Source: a virus. Taken from it: a stretch of 58,664 bases of DNA. Below, one piece after another: positions 17,250-25,835 of the stretch. The stretch lies in IMG/VR virus record IMGVR_UViG_3300037470_000304, positions 1 to 58,664 of that record; one strand, written 5' to 3'. A program made the translations under genes and the position numbers. The notes beneath the pieces are model-generated. The model saw only the letters and a list, made by a program, of their open reading frames with translations. It was not told the DNA's origin and did no database searches. How positions within the stretch are numbered: the first letter of the stretch is position 1; the number at the start of each line of letters is the position of its first letter.

Positions 17250-17948
17250 TCAGCCCCAATTCCCGTCCGGAATGCCGGTCGGCCGGATACGCGGCACGCC
17301 GGAAACATCGATCAGCGGCTTGGGCGTGTCGTCGAATTGCAGCGCCATCAGCGCGGCCAGATAATCGGCCTTCTCCTCGGCGAAGGGCAGCCCCTTGCGG
17401 GCGCGGAAACGGTAGCGCATACCGAGCACCGCCAGATCCCGGTCGAGCCGCCACAGATCGCTGTCGGCCACCCAGTTTTCCTGGGCCGTGCCGGCGCTGG
17501 TGGTGGAATAATAACGGCTGTAATAGTCGTAGCCGATATTTTGCACATCCGTCGGCGTCGGGGTGATGTTCAGATAGCCGCCGGAGACGTGGAAGGCGTA
17601 GCGGATGCCCAGCACCACGATGCCGCGCGTCAGCGCCGCCCAATCGATGCCGTTGACCGGGCCGATCAACGGCTGCTCCTCCGAGGTGTTCCAGAAGGTG
17701 AGATTGGCGAAGCGCTGATAATCGGCGGGAAGGCTGTAAGCCGAAGTCGCGGCGACCGTGGCGAAGGTGTAATCGTCCTTCAACGCCTGCCATTTGACCT
17801 CGCGCGCCAGTTCGCGGCCGATCTGGGCGGCGATGTTCTTCAGCAGGATCGCGGTCGGATCGGTGTTGCCAACGATCGTCGAGGGCGTCTCGAAGCCATC
17901 CACGCCCTCAAGCGCGTCGGTGCAAAGCTGCAGCAGCGTGGCGGCCAT
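17250..17948 (-). CDS. Head-tail adaptor / tail tubular-A-like structural protein
   Basis: 232-aa ORF in the structural operon. Assignment is by position and size only. Confidence 0.4.
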   Translation of the reverse strand: MAATLLQLCTDALEGVDGFETPSTIVGNTDPTAILLKNIAAQIGRELAREVKWQALKDDYTFATVAATSAYSLPADYQRFANLTFWNTSEEQPLIGPVNGIDWAALTRGIVVLGIRYAFHVSGGYLNITPTPTDVQNIGYDYYSRYYSTTSAGTAQENWVADSDLWRLDRDLAVLGMRYRFRARKGLPFAEEKADYLAALMALQFDDTPKPLIDVSGVPRIRPTGIPDGNWG

Positions 17949-17953
17949 GGGGC

Positions 17954-18619
17954 TTACGCCGCCTGCCGGCGCTGGCGGCCGGACGTCACGGCCGGATCGG
18001 GCTCGGAGCCGGCATGACCGACCATGGCGCGGGCGCGCTCCACATAGTCCAGCACGTAATTGGCCCTGAGCGCCATCTTGTGCTGATGCAGTTTGGCGGT
18101 CAGGCCTGCGATTTTCTCCTCATCGAATGCCGCGAATTCCCGCACCGTGCGCATGCCCATGGTCTGAATCACCTGCACCACTTCCGGGGGAACGCTGTCG
18201 AGCAGCACCAGCGGGATTTCCCCGCGCTCGCGCAACAGCTTCAGCTCATATTCCTGGAACACGCCGGGAAAGCGGTCCTTCAGCTTGCGGATTTCGAACG
18301 GCTTGACCGCCGTGACGCTGACGTCCTTGGACTGGCGCGCGGGGTGCCCGTATTTGTGCTGCAGCATCAGCTTGGGTTCGCCCAGCGGCTCGTCATAGGC
18401 GTCGAGCTGGGCAACCTCCACCAGCCGGCCCTTGACGACGGTCTTGGTCCAGTCGCCGTCTTCCTCGCGGTGCCAATCGGATTTCAGCGCGCTGTCATGC
18501 CATTCGGTGAGGTTTTTGACCTTGACGTTCTTGACGTCGGCGGGGTGCGGCACATCCAGGGTTTCCCCCTGTGCCTGGTTCATGATGCCCTGAAGGGCCT
18601 CGATCATCTGGTTCGACAT
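17954..18619 (-). CDS. Structural-module protein (unknown role)
   Basis: 221-aa ORF on the late strand between the capsid and tail genes. Confidence 0.5.
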   Translation of the reverse strand: MSNQMIEALQGIMNQAQGETLDVPHPADVKNVKVKNLTEWHDSALKSDWHREEDGDWTKTVVKGRLVEVAQLDAYDEPLGEPKLMLQHKYGHPARQSKDVSVTAVKPFEIRKLKDRFPGVFQEYELKLLRERGEIPLVLLDSVPPEVVQVIQTMGMRTVREFAAFDEEKIAGLTAKLHQHKMALRANYVLDYVERARAMVGHAGSEPDPAVTSGRQRRQAA

Positions 18620-18631
18620 GATGGCTTCGTC

Positions 18632-18934
18632 CTAAAAAGTGGCGTTGATCTGCGTTGGGGTGATGAAGACGAAGAACGCCGCGCGCCCGGCGGGCAGCGT
18701 CAGCGCCGTGTTGGCCGTCGTGCCGTTGAAGCTGGAGCCGACCGGGGGATAGACGAGCAGCGAGTCCGTCGTGTCGCCATTGGCGATGGTGCGTATCTCA
18801 GCGCCATTGCCTGGGCTGAGAATGACGCCCTCGCCCGCCACGACGCTGGGGACGAGGACATGATCGGCGACACACACCGATGCAGTCGCCTGGGTCGTGC
18901 CGGCGGATGGCTGGGCTACATTGCTGGTCATCAA
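18632..18934 (-). CDS. Small beta-rich protein with Ser/Thr-rich N-terminus
   Basis: MMTSNVAQPSAGTTQATASV... 4-nt overlap with the Maf-like/MTase gene. Confidence 0.5.
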   Translation of the reverse strand: MMTSNVAQPSAGTTQATASVCVADHVLVPSVVAGEGVILSPGNGAEIRTIANGDTTDSLLVYPPVGSSFNGTTANTALTLPAGRAAFFVFITPTQINATF

Positions 18935-20313
18935 TGATCCTTCCGGGAGACCACGAATTGGGAATTGTCACCGCGATCGACAGAGAACGAGACGGCATAG
19001 CCTTTGTGCTCGAACAGCATTCGCCAGCCTTCATGATCCAGCACGCTGAGATGCAGGATCTGGCCGATATGAACGCCCATCGCATCGGGAACGGTCGAAA
19101 TCTGGAAAAACACCGTCTTGGCGGACGCCATGATGTTGTCGATGACGGCCTCCACCTGATCAGGAGGCACATGCTCCATCACGTCGGCGCACAAGCCGTA
19201 AGACGCGCGGAACGGCATGGGCTTGGACATATCCAGCGTGTAAAATCGCAAGCCGCGCGCCGGATGGTCGAGACAGTTCGACGCGAAATCGATGGCAATG
19301 ACGTCGCAACCGCGCCCCTCGATTTTCATCGCCGCGCGTCCGGTGCCGCAGCCGAAATCGATTACCAGGCCTTCCGGCTTGACGCGATCGAAGAAGGCGT
19401 CAACCGCATCCTCGCCCGGCGACCATCGTCGGTATTCCGGCAGCGACCACATCGCCTCGTATTTCTGCTGTTCTTCCATGCCCTCAAAGCCGGCGCGCCA
19501 CATGGCCGGCAGGATGCCGTCGCCATGCACTTCGATGGTGCAGCCTTGGCTTTGCAGATGGCGGGCAGCACCGAAGAAAGTCTTGCACTGGCCGCGCATG
19601 GTCAGGGAAATCTGATACGCCACGCCCTTGAAGGACATGTCGATTACGGCTTCCTCGTCATTGAGCGCTTGCGGCATGGCGTGGTGCTTGTCGCCGCGAT
19701 AGCTGCTGTCATAGCCGTAAGCCGCGAATTTGCGGTAGCCCATGGCGAAAGCGAGATACAGCGCCGTACAGCCGATCGATGAACCGCCGCCGATCAGGCA
19801 ATAATCGTCGTCATAGTCCGGCAGCACGTCGTCGATGCCGTCGATGATCATGTGCCAGAGGGTGGCGCGCGTTTTTCGGCCAAAGCAAAGCGGGCTGACC
19901 TGGCTGGCGAACAGATGGTGGTCAGCCGGCCCGATCAGATCGGCCGTCGCGTCGCGGGCGTCGGCGATGACCTGATAAGCAGGGCGAATGCCGTTCTCCG
20001 CCAGAAACCCGGCCGCTGCATTGAGCCCGAACACCGTCTCGCCGCGCGCCGCTCTCTCGCGAATCTCATCGAGTGTATCGGCTAGGCTTGGGCCCGATCC
20101 GCATAGCACGGCGACGCGATCATGTGGCTCGGCCAGCTTCAGCCATCCCTTGTGGGCCAGCGAATTGACGCGAATGTTCTCCAGCAATTGCTCATCGGTG
20201 GTGTTGCAGATCACGGCCAAAGGCAGTAGCAACGGCCACTCGGCGCCATCGTTACGATGTTCGATGGTAAGACGGGTGATAGGCGAAGGGGCGATTTTCA
20301 AATCGAACTCCAA
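18931..20313 (-). CDS. Fusion protein: DUF115/MptE-like (Maf-type glycosyltransferase-like) N-domain plus class I SAM methyltransferase C-domain
   Basis: VLCGSGPSL...GLNAAAGFLAENGIRPAYQVIADA and CLIGGGSSIGCTALYLAFAMGYRKFAAYGYD (DUF115-like). VIDFGCGTGRAAMKIEGRGCDVIAIDF (SAM motif I). Confidence 0.6.
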   Translation of the reverse strand: MEFDLKIAPSPITRLTIEHRNDGAEWPLLLPLAVICNTTDEQLLENIRVNSLAHKGWLKLAEPHDRVAVLCGSGPSLADTLDEIRERAARGETVFGLNAAAGFLAENGIRPAYQVIADARDATADLIGPADHHLFASQVSPLCFGRKTRATLWHMIIDGIDDVLPDYDDDYCLIGGGSSIGCTALYLAFAMGYRKFAAYGYDSSYRGDKHHAMPQALNDEEAVIDMSFKGVAYQISLTMRGQCKTFFGAARHLQSQGCTIEVHGDGILPAMWRAGFEGMEEQQKYEAMWSLPEYRRWSPGEDAVDAFFDRVKPEGLVIDFGCGTGRAAMKIEGRGCDVIAIDFASNCLDHPARGLRFYTLDMSKPMPFRASYGLCADVMEHVPPDQVEAVIDNIMASAKTVFFQISTVPDAMGVHIGQILHLSVLDHEGWRMLFEHKGYAVSFSVDRGDNSQFVVSRKDH

Positions 20314-20324
20314 AAGGAGGGCAA

Positions 20325-20732
20325 GTGGCTAGAATCTACATTCCCACGCCAGAGCAAGAAGCAGGCTGGGCTGCTTGGGTCGCTGACAGGCCGCCAGCCG
20401 TGCGCGCAGTCGCAGAACGTTTCGATCTGTGGTCGCTGTATCGGCTAAAGAGCAGCGGCCACCGTGTGACAATCTACAGTTTTCGCGAAAGTGATCCGGT
20501 CACAGTGACCGTGAACGTTCTCGGCGATTTCAATGCGTTAATTTTTGAGCGCCAAGTGTTTGGCGTCGCCCCTGACGATCTGGAGCCATGTGACCTGCCG
20601 TCAGCAGATGAGTTGGTCGGCTCCGTGATCCCAGCCGGGGAAGTTGAAGAAAACATTGACGCGCTTCGCGTCATCGTGCGTCCCGACCTATGGAACATGG
20701 GCGAAGACGGCAAAGCGCATCGCAAGCACTAA
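20325..20732 (+). CDS. Hypothetical 135-aa protein (opposite-strand moron)
   Basis: AGGAGG RBS upstream of a GTG start. Convergent with the decoration gene. Confidence 0.55.
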   Translation: MARIYIPTPEQEAGWAAWVADRPPAVRAVAERFDLWSLYRLKSSGHRVTIYSFRESDPVTVTVNVLGDFNALIFERQVFGVAPDDLEPCDLPSADELVGSVIPAGEVEENIDALRVIVRPDLWNMGEDGKAHRKH

Positions 20733-20736
20733 ATCA

Positions 20737-20772
20737 GCAAACGGGGCGGGGACGATCCCCCGCCCCGTTTGC
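20737..20772. terminator. Bidirectional hairpin terminator
   Basis: gcaaacggggcgggg-acgat-ccccgccccgtttgc, a 15-bp perfect stem between convergent genes. Confidence 0.7.
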
Positions 20773-20774
20773 TG

Positions 20775-21281
20775 TCAGGTGATGCGGCCCTGGATGCGCG
20801 GACGATTAATCACGCAAAGGCACGTGGTTACATCGGATTTCGCCGAGGCGACCGCCGCGAGCAGGAAGCCCTGGATTTCCTTGCCGGTGCCGGAGGCGAT
20901 GACGAAGCCGGGGCTGGATGCCGAATTCAGCCCAAGCGCGATGCCGGAGGCAAAGGATGATGCGGCCTTCTTGGCCACGACCGCGACGCCGGAGATCTGA
21001 TACCAGCCATAGAGAGCGGCCGTGTTTGCCGACATCGCGATCGCGACATTGCGCGGCAAGCGCTTGCCGCCAACCGCAAGCGTGGTCTGCCCGGTCGTTG
21101 AGTTGAACGACACCACCGAACCGACGATGGTCGAGGCAACGCCGATCAGATAGATGAACTCGCCGCCGCCATAGGTCGGATCGTTGGCCCTCACGATCAG
21201 GCCAACGGGATGTTTCTCCGTCGTGGACGTGTCCGCGATCGGCTGCGACCCCAGAATAGGGTCGATGATAGTGTAAGCCAT
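20775..21281 (-). CDS. Capsid decoration/cement-like protein
   Basis: 168-aa beta-rich ORF immediately downstream of the major capsid gene. Confidence 0.45.
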   Translation of the reverse strand: MAYTIIDPILGSQPIADTSTTEKHPVGLIVRANDPTYGGGEFIYLIGVASTIVGSVVSFNSTTGQTTLAVGGKRLPRNVAIAMSANTAALYGWYQISGVAVVAKKAASSFASGIALGLNSASSPGFVIASGTGKEIQGFLLAAVASAKSDVTTCLCVINRPRIQGRIT

Positions 21282-21306
21282 TGTGTGTTTTCCCTATTCC
21301 CGGCGC

Positions 21307-22272
21307 TTACGCGATGATGACGAAGTTGCGGCGGCGCGACCGGATGGTCAGGTTGCCCGTCCACCACATCGGCACCGCGAACATGTCCTGATTGACCGGC
21401 TTGACCTTGTCGCCTTGCGTGAAGTTGCGATCCGGGTCGGGACGGAACAGCACCGTCGAGGTGTTGATGCCGTACATGCGCGTCGCCGAGAAGTTCGGGT
21501 CATGCATCACCATCGCCGTCTTGTAGCGATAGGCGTCGAAACCGGCCTTACCCAGCTCGGCATCCATGAAGCGCTGATTGGCCTGAAGCGCGCCCTCGAA
21601 GTAGCCGAAATAGGTCGTGCCGCCGAGGACGAGATCGACCTTTTCAGTGCCGCGATTGGTGTTCAGGAACGACGTATTCAGCGCGGTCAGAATGGTGGCC
21701 GTGCCCGGCGTCAGCGAATTGACGCTGAAGTCGAACACGTAGTTGCGCCACCAGCTATTGGTGGCAACCGAGGCGTCGATACCGCCCACAGTGCCGGTGG
21801 TGGGATCGTCGGCGATCAGATGCTGCAAGCCGCCGATCGCCTTGCCGGCGCTCTCGGTGTTGGCATAGGCAAGCGCCGCGCCGATACCGTTCTGCATTTT
21901 CGCATCGGCGGCCGACAGTTTGCCGTCGATCAGCGAATGCATTTTGGCCTTACCCTTGTTCTGGGTAATCTCCAGGCCGTTCATGGTGATCAGTGCATAA
22001 TGCTGTTTCCAGGCGAAGTTCGCCGAGGTCAGCACGTCGGTGTCGGAGGTGGACAGCACCTCGGAGCCGGAATACCAGCCGCCCGCCGCACTCTCGGCGA
22101 ACAGGACGTTTTCGAGGATTTCCGAGCCGCCATCGGCGGGCTTGGTGTTGCCCTTCTTCTTCAGATACATCAGCAGCGCGTTGTTGCCGGTGATGTTGTC
22201 TTCCAGCGTCGATGAATAGTTGGCGATCGACGCGGTTAGCACCTGGGTGTAGGTGCTGTTCGGCGTAGCCAT
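21307..22272 (-). CDS. Major capsid protein (HK97-fold type)
   Basis: 321 aa, placed after the scaffold-like gene. The composition and C-terminal ...MWWTGNLTIRS... pattern are typical of podoviral capsid proteins. Confidence 0.7.
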   Translation of the reverse strand: MATPNSTYTQVLTASIANYSSTLEDNITGNNALLMYLKKKGNTKPADGGSEILENVLFAESAAGGWYSGSEVLSTSDTDVLTSANFAWKQHYALITMNGLEITQNKGKAKMHSLIDGKLSAADAKMQNGIGAALAYANTESAGKAIGGLQHLIADDPTTGTVGGIDASVATNSWWRNYVFDFSVNSLTPGTATILTALNTSFLNTNRGTEKVDLVLGGTTYFGYFEGALQANQRFMDAELGKAGFDAYRYKTAMVMHDPNFSATRMYGINTSTVLFRPDPDRNFTQGDKVKPVNQDMFAVPMWWTGNLTIRSRRRNFVIIA

Positions 22273-22294
22273 TTGGGTGAGATCCTAAAGGGGT

Positions 22295-23467
22295 TTACGC
22301 GACCCCGTGATCCCTCATCGCCTTGTTGATAGCGTCCTCGCGCGTCATCCGGCCGACCCCCGCCTGTCCGCTGGCTCCGGGAGAGCCTTTGCGGGTTGCC
22401 GAGACCTGGGCCTTCTTGACGGCGTTCTGCGCCTCGCGCTCGCTCATGCGCTTTTCAAAGTCGGCGTCGATGAGCTGCTGGCGAATTTCGGGATTGAGGT
22501 AAAGCGCTTGGGTGTAGGCCTGCTCCAAAGCCTCGGCGGGCTTGGAATGCAGCGTGCTTCTCGTGGCAGGGTCGGAAACCAGTCGAATGACATCGTTCAT
22601 GACCGCCGGGAGATGGGGATATTTCGGGTTGCCGTCGTCATCAATGGCGTTTTCAAACGCATCGCATTGCTGGGCGAACCAGGTGTTGAAACGCGTCTGC
22701 TCCGAGCGCTGCTGCTCGGCGCTTTGGCGCTGCCTGGAGGTCTCGACGGCCTCCATTCTGGCCAGTCGTTCACGCAGCTCCACGACGACCGGGTCCACCC
22801 ACTCCTGTTCGGTGGGCGGCGTGGCGGGGTCCTGGACGGCGGGTGAGCCTGCGAACAGATGCTCGGGCTTGACGCCGGTGCGCGCGATGACGGCTTTCAA
22901 GAATGCGACAGGATCGCGGTTGAGCGCATCATGCTGCTGAATGAGGTATCGGACGGCGCCGATATCATCCAGGCCAGCCGACTGCATCTGCTGCCGGTGA
23001 TCGTCGTTGAACAGGCTGATGACAGCCTCTGCGGTGCGCCGGAATTGCGCGTTTTCCTGCTGCGATCGCGTGACCGCGACGTTGGCTTCCTTGTTGCGCT
23101 CCAGGATGATGCGCTTGGCTTCGTCGGGGAGCGTGCCGAATTGGTCGCGCCTGTCCTTGGGCCAATGTTTCGGCGCTTCCAATGCGTCTTTCGACGTTGG
23201 CAAGGCCGCACGGTCCTCGGCAGGGCGCGACGGGTCGGGTGTTTCGAGCTCGGCGCCCTTTTCAGGGTCTTGAGCAGTCTTAACGCTAGCGTCTATCGGC
23301 GCGTCGTCACGCGCCGGTTCTTCAGTCGCGCGGATACCCCCGGCCGAGGGTATATCGTCGCTGCTGAATTCGTCGGGGAATGCCGCGAATGCTGCGTCAA
23401 TCGCAGCAGAGCGGCCAGCCGTCGAGGCCGCAGACTCCGGACGCGGAGCGCGATCACCTTCGTTCAT
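22295..23467 (-). CDS. Scaffolding-like protein
   Basis: 390-aa acidic, helical, low-complexity ORF directly upstream of the capsid gene. Confidence 0.5.
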   Translation of the reverse strand: MNEGDRAPRPESAASTAGRSAAIDAAFAAFPDEFSSDDIPSAGGIRATEEPARDDAPIDASVKTAQDPEKGAELETPDPSRPAEDRAALPTSKDALEAPKHWPKDRRDQFGTLPDEAKRIILERNKEANVAVTRSQQENAQFRRTAEAVISLFNDDHRQQMQSAGLDDIGAVRYLIQQHDALNRDPVAFLKAVIARTGVKPEHLFAGSPAVQDPATPPTEQEWVDPVVVELRERLARMEAVETSRQRQSAEQQRSEQTRFNTWFAQQCDAFENAIDDDGNPKYPHLPAVMNDVIRLVSDPATRSTLHSKPAEALEQAYTQALYLNPEIRQQLIDADFEKRMSEREAQNAVKKAQVSATRKGSPGASGQAGVGRMTREDAINKAMRDHGVA

Positions 23468-23496
23468 GGAATGTCCTTGAGGTTATGCGGTAAACG

Positions 23497-23829
23497 TCAG
23501 GCCCAGCCGCCTTCGACGCCAGCGGCAAGCTTCTCGCGCTCGGCGCGCTTGGCCTCGTTGTTGGCGGCGACAGTGCCCACCGGAAAATCGTTGCCGGTCT
23601 GGTGGCAACCGAAGCTGCGCTCGAAGCTGCGCAGCTCCGAGCGAGATGAGATGATGTGCGTGCGCTCGGGATTGGCGACGTTCAGGAAGGGCGCGATATC
23701 GCCCATGTGATAGGGGCTGGCCAGATCGGAGCGGCGGTCTGGCGCGGGTTCGGCGCGGCACGGCGGGCGCGGCGGCAGCGGGTTGGCGCGCATGAAGCTC
23801 AGGTCGAGGCCGGACAGGCAGATGGGCAT
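23497..23829 (-). CDS. Hypothetical protein
   Basis: 110-aa ORF on the late strand. Start uncertain. Confidence 0.4.
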   Translation of the reverse strand: MPICLSGLDLSFMRANPLPPRPPCRAEPAPDRRSDLASPYHMGDIAPFLNVANPERTHIISSRSELRSFERSFGCHQTGNDFPVGTVAANNEAKRAEREKLAAGVEGGWA

Positions 23830-23838
23830 AGGCTAGCC

Positions 23839-24066
23839 TCAGCCGTCTTGCAAGAATGCGAGAAACGCACGCGCATCGACAACGATTTTCGCGGCGTCAA
23901 CACCCACCCCGTTATTGAACTGGATGGCTGTAGCCAGAGCCGCGCTACGGATATAGCTGTGCGGATACCCGGCAAGTCCCCCATCAGCACCGACCATCGC
24001 ATGCGCATAAGTCTGCTGCTGGGCGTAAGCTCGTGCCTTCGCTTGTTCGTCGTCGCCGGGATTCAT
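23839..24066 (-). CDS. Hypothetical protein
   Basis: 75-aa ORF with ATGA overlap to the upstream ORF. Confidence 0.5.
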   Translation of the reverse strand: MNPGDDEQAKARAYAQQQTYAHAMVGADGGLAGYPHSYIRSAALATAIQFNNGVGVDAAKIVVDARAFLAFLQDG

Positions 24067-24290
24067 CTGGCCATCTCCTCAAGTCCAGCATCGTGTATCG
24101 CGGTAAGCGCCGCCGCGCGCGTCGGGAACCATCCCCAAAGGCTATGCGGCCAACAAGTGAACGACGGGCTTTCCGGCACCGGATCGTAATCGGCGTATGT
24201 AGAGTCGCCGTTGTCATTCACGAAGGCGACGAGGAACCCTGTCGCGCCGTCGCTGGCGTTAACTTGGTCGATGACACGCAGACCGCTCAT
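24063..24290 (-). CDS. Hypothetical protein
   Basis: 75-aa ORF with RBS gaggt right after the terminator T-run. Confidence 0.5.
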   Translation of the reverse strand: MSGLRVIDQVNASDGATGFLVAFVNDNGDSTYADYDPVPESPSFTCWPHSLWGWFPTRAAALTAIHDAGLEEMAR

Positions 24291-24301
24291 GCTGACCTCA
24301 A

Positions 24302-24327
24302 TAAAAAACCCCGCACGGTGGCGGGGC
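24302..24327 (-). terminator. Rho-independent terminator (minus strand)
   Basis: Minus strand reads ccccgc-caccgt-gcgggg followed by ttttttatt. Near-twin of the 2404-2428 terminator. Confidence 0.7.
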
Positions 24328-24409
24328 TATGTGATTGGTTCTGGCGGGCCGGGCGCTACTCCGGCTGGATTCGAGCTCGTCTGACTTTCGGGGTGCCATC
24401 CCGGGTGCG

Positions 24410-24523
24410 CTAGGTCCGATCCTCCTGCTTGCGCAGGCGCTCGCGCTCTCCACCCTTGCCTACGGGCTGCGTGTCTGCTTTCCACGCCGCCGCCAGAATT
24501 TGCCCGCCCTGGTGGATGTACAT
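24410..24523 (-). CDS. Possible 37-aa ORF (below track cutoff)
   Basis: MYIHQGGQILAAAWKADTQPVGKGGERERLRKQEDRT. GC-rich third positions. Weak RBS. Confidence 0.2.
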   Translation of the reverse strand: MYIHQGGQILAAAWKADTQPVGKGGERERLRKQEDRT

Positions 24524-24680
24524 TTTGCAAACACCCACCCGCATTGGCAAACGATGAATTCGTGTCCGGTATCACCCCCCGGACGGGGGACTGGCCGCGA
24601 TCCGTTTAGCCGACGCGCGTGGCTTTGGCAACCGTGTCGGACGCGCGTGCCGCATGTCGGCGGCTTTCGCTGGCGCTGGG

Positions 24681-24932
24681 CTATTTCGCCGGCTGGAGGT
24701 CTTGCTGTTGTGGCACTGATTCCGCGGTGGCCGGCTTCACCAGCCGCAGTTGGTCAACCCAGTATTCATTGACGCTGCCATTATCGTCGCGGCGGCATTC
24801 CACCATGGTCTGTGTCTTGCCCGGAATGCTCGCGGCTTTCGTCACGACAGCATTCGCCCCGTCTTTGACGATGATGACCTTGTCACCAATTTGCAGGTCA
24901 GCCATGTCATGCGCTCCATTTGTTGCCATCAC
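24681..24932 (-). CDS. Hypothetical protein
   Basis: 83-aa ORF with ATGA overlap to the upstream gene. Confidence 0.5.
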   Translation of the reverse strand: MMATNGAHDMADLQIGDKVIIVKDGANAVVTKAASIPGKTQTMVECRRDDNGSVNEYWVDQLRLVKPATAESVPQQQDLQPAK

Positions 24933-25834
24933 GCCGCCATCAGCATGAGCATTTCAACATCATCCTCATCGGCCTGCCGCCGCGCTTCCACCATAGCGGT
25001 GATCGTCGCCGATAGTTCCGCGATTTCAGCGCTCAGGCTACCCGTTTCCGGGGGCGTGGCTGGCTCGAAGCCGATAGCCGGCTGCTCAGCCGCGCGCGCC
25101 GTTTCCACCGCCTCAAGGGCTTCCTGGGCTTCCGCGACGGCCGCTTCAAATTCGGCTTCGATCTCGGGTTCGCCGTCCAGCGCCGGCAATTGCCGCAAGT
25201 CCCGCATCGCCAAGGCAAGACGCGCCAGCAGATGGACGCTTTCCGCTGTTTCGCGTGTCTGAGCGAGCATGCGGCGCTGCATCGCCTTGAAGGCCGCGAT
25301 TTCGCGCGGGGTGAACGCGCCCGCGCCGCCCGTGGTGCCGGTGATCACCGGCGCATAGGTCAGCGTCGCCGATTGCCCGGTCAACACGAACGCGCCAGGA
25401 TCGGCCGCGAGCGTAATCGCACCAGCGACCGGCGTATAAGTTAGCGTTGCATCCTGGCCAGTGAAAGCGAAGCTGCCGGACGCCGATGGCAGGTTTCGAG
25501 CTGCCCGTAGCGTTGCCGCCTGACCCGTGAACGTGAATTCGCCGCTATCAGCCGTCAGCGGCAGACGCGCATAGCGCAGTGTTGCTGCTTGGCCGGTGAG
25601 CGAGAATGCCCCGGAAGCCGCGCTGAGCGGATAGCCGCGCCGCAAACCGGCGGCCTGCCCGGTAAACGCATATTCGCCAACATCCGCCGCCAGCGGCAAA
25701 CGGCCGTAGCGTAACGTCGCCGCTTGCCCGGTGAGGGCGAATGAACCTGATGCAGCGCTAAGAGTGTATGCCCCGCTTGCGCCGGCCTGCTGTTGCCCCG
25801 CCCCCGGTAGAAGCGGCTGGAATGGCCAGGACAT
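24929..25834 (-). CDS. Tandem-repeat (fibre/spike-like) protein with acidic helical C-terminus
   Basis: Six ~23-aa repeats with core SG.F.(L/F)TGQ.A.L, then a Glu/Ala-rich helix. Confidence 0.6.
   Translation of the reverse strand: MSWPFQPLLPGAGQQQAGASGAYTLSAASGSFALTGQAATLRYGRLPLAADVGEYAFTGQAAGLRRGYPLSAASGAFSLTGQAATLRYARLPLTADSGEFTFTGQAATLRAARNLPSASGSFAFTGQDATLTYTPVAGAITLAADPGAFVLTGQSATLTYAPVITGTTGGAGAFTPREIAAFKAMQRRMLAQTRETAESVHLLARLALAMRDLRQLPALDGEPEIEAEFEAAVAEAQEALEAVETARAAEQPAIGFEPATPPETGSLSAEIAELSATITAMVEARRQADEDDVEMLMLMAA
25346..25759 (-). repeat. Six in-frame tandem coding repeats (~69 nt period)
   Basis: SAASGSFALTGQAATLRYGRLPL / AADVGEYAFTGQAAGLRRGYPL / SAASGAFSLTGQAATLRYARLPL, and so on. 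Confidence 0.8.
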
Positions 25835-25835
25835 C

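Noticed and set aside
24360-24420. tRNA-like or tmRNA-like element suggested by ggattcgagctcg.
   Set aside because: No cloverleaf can be drawn. The flanks of the TTCGA-like loop are not complementary, and no acceptor stem or CCA context is present.
25346-25759. Periodic repeats that could be mistaken for a CRISPR array.
   Set aside because: The repeats are in-frame coding units of ~69 nt without unique spacers, and lie inside a continuous 301-aa ORF.
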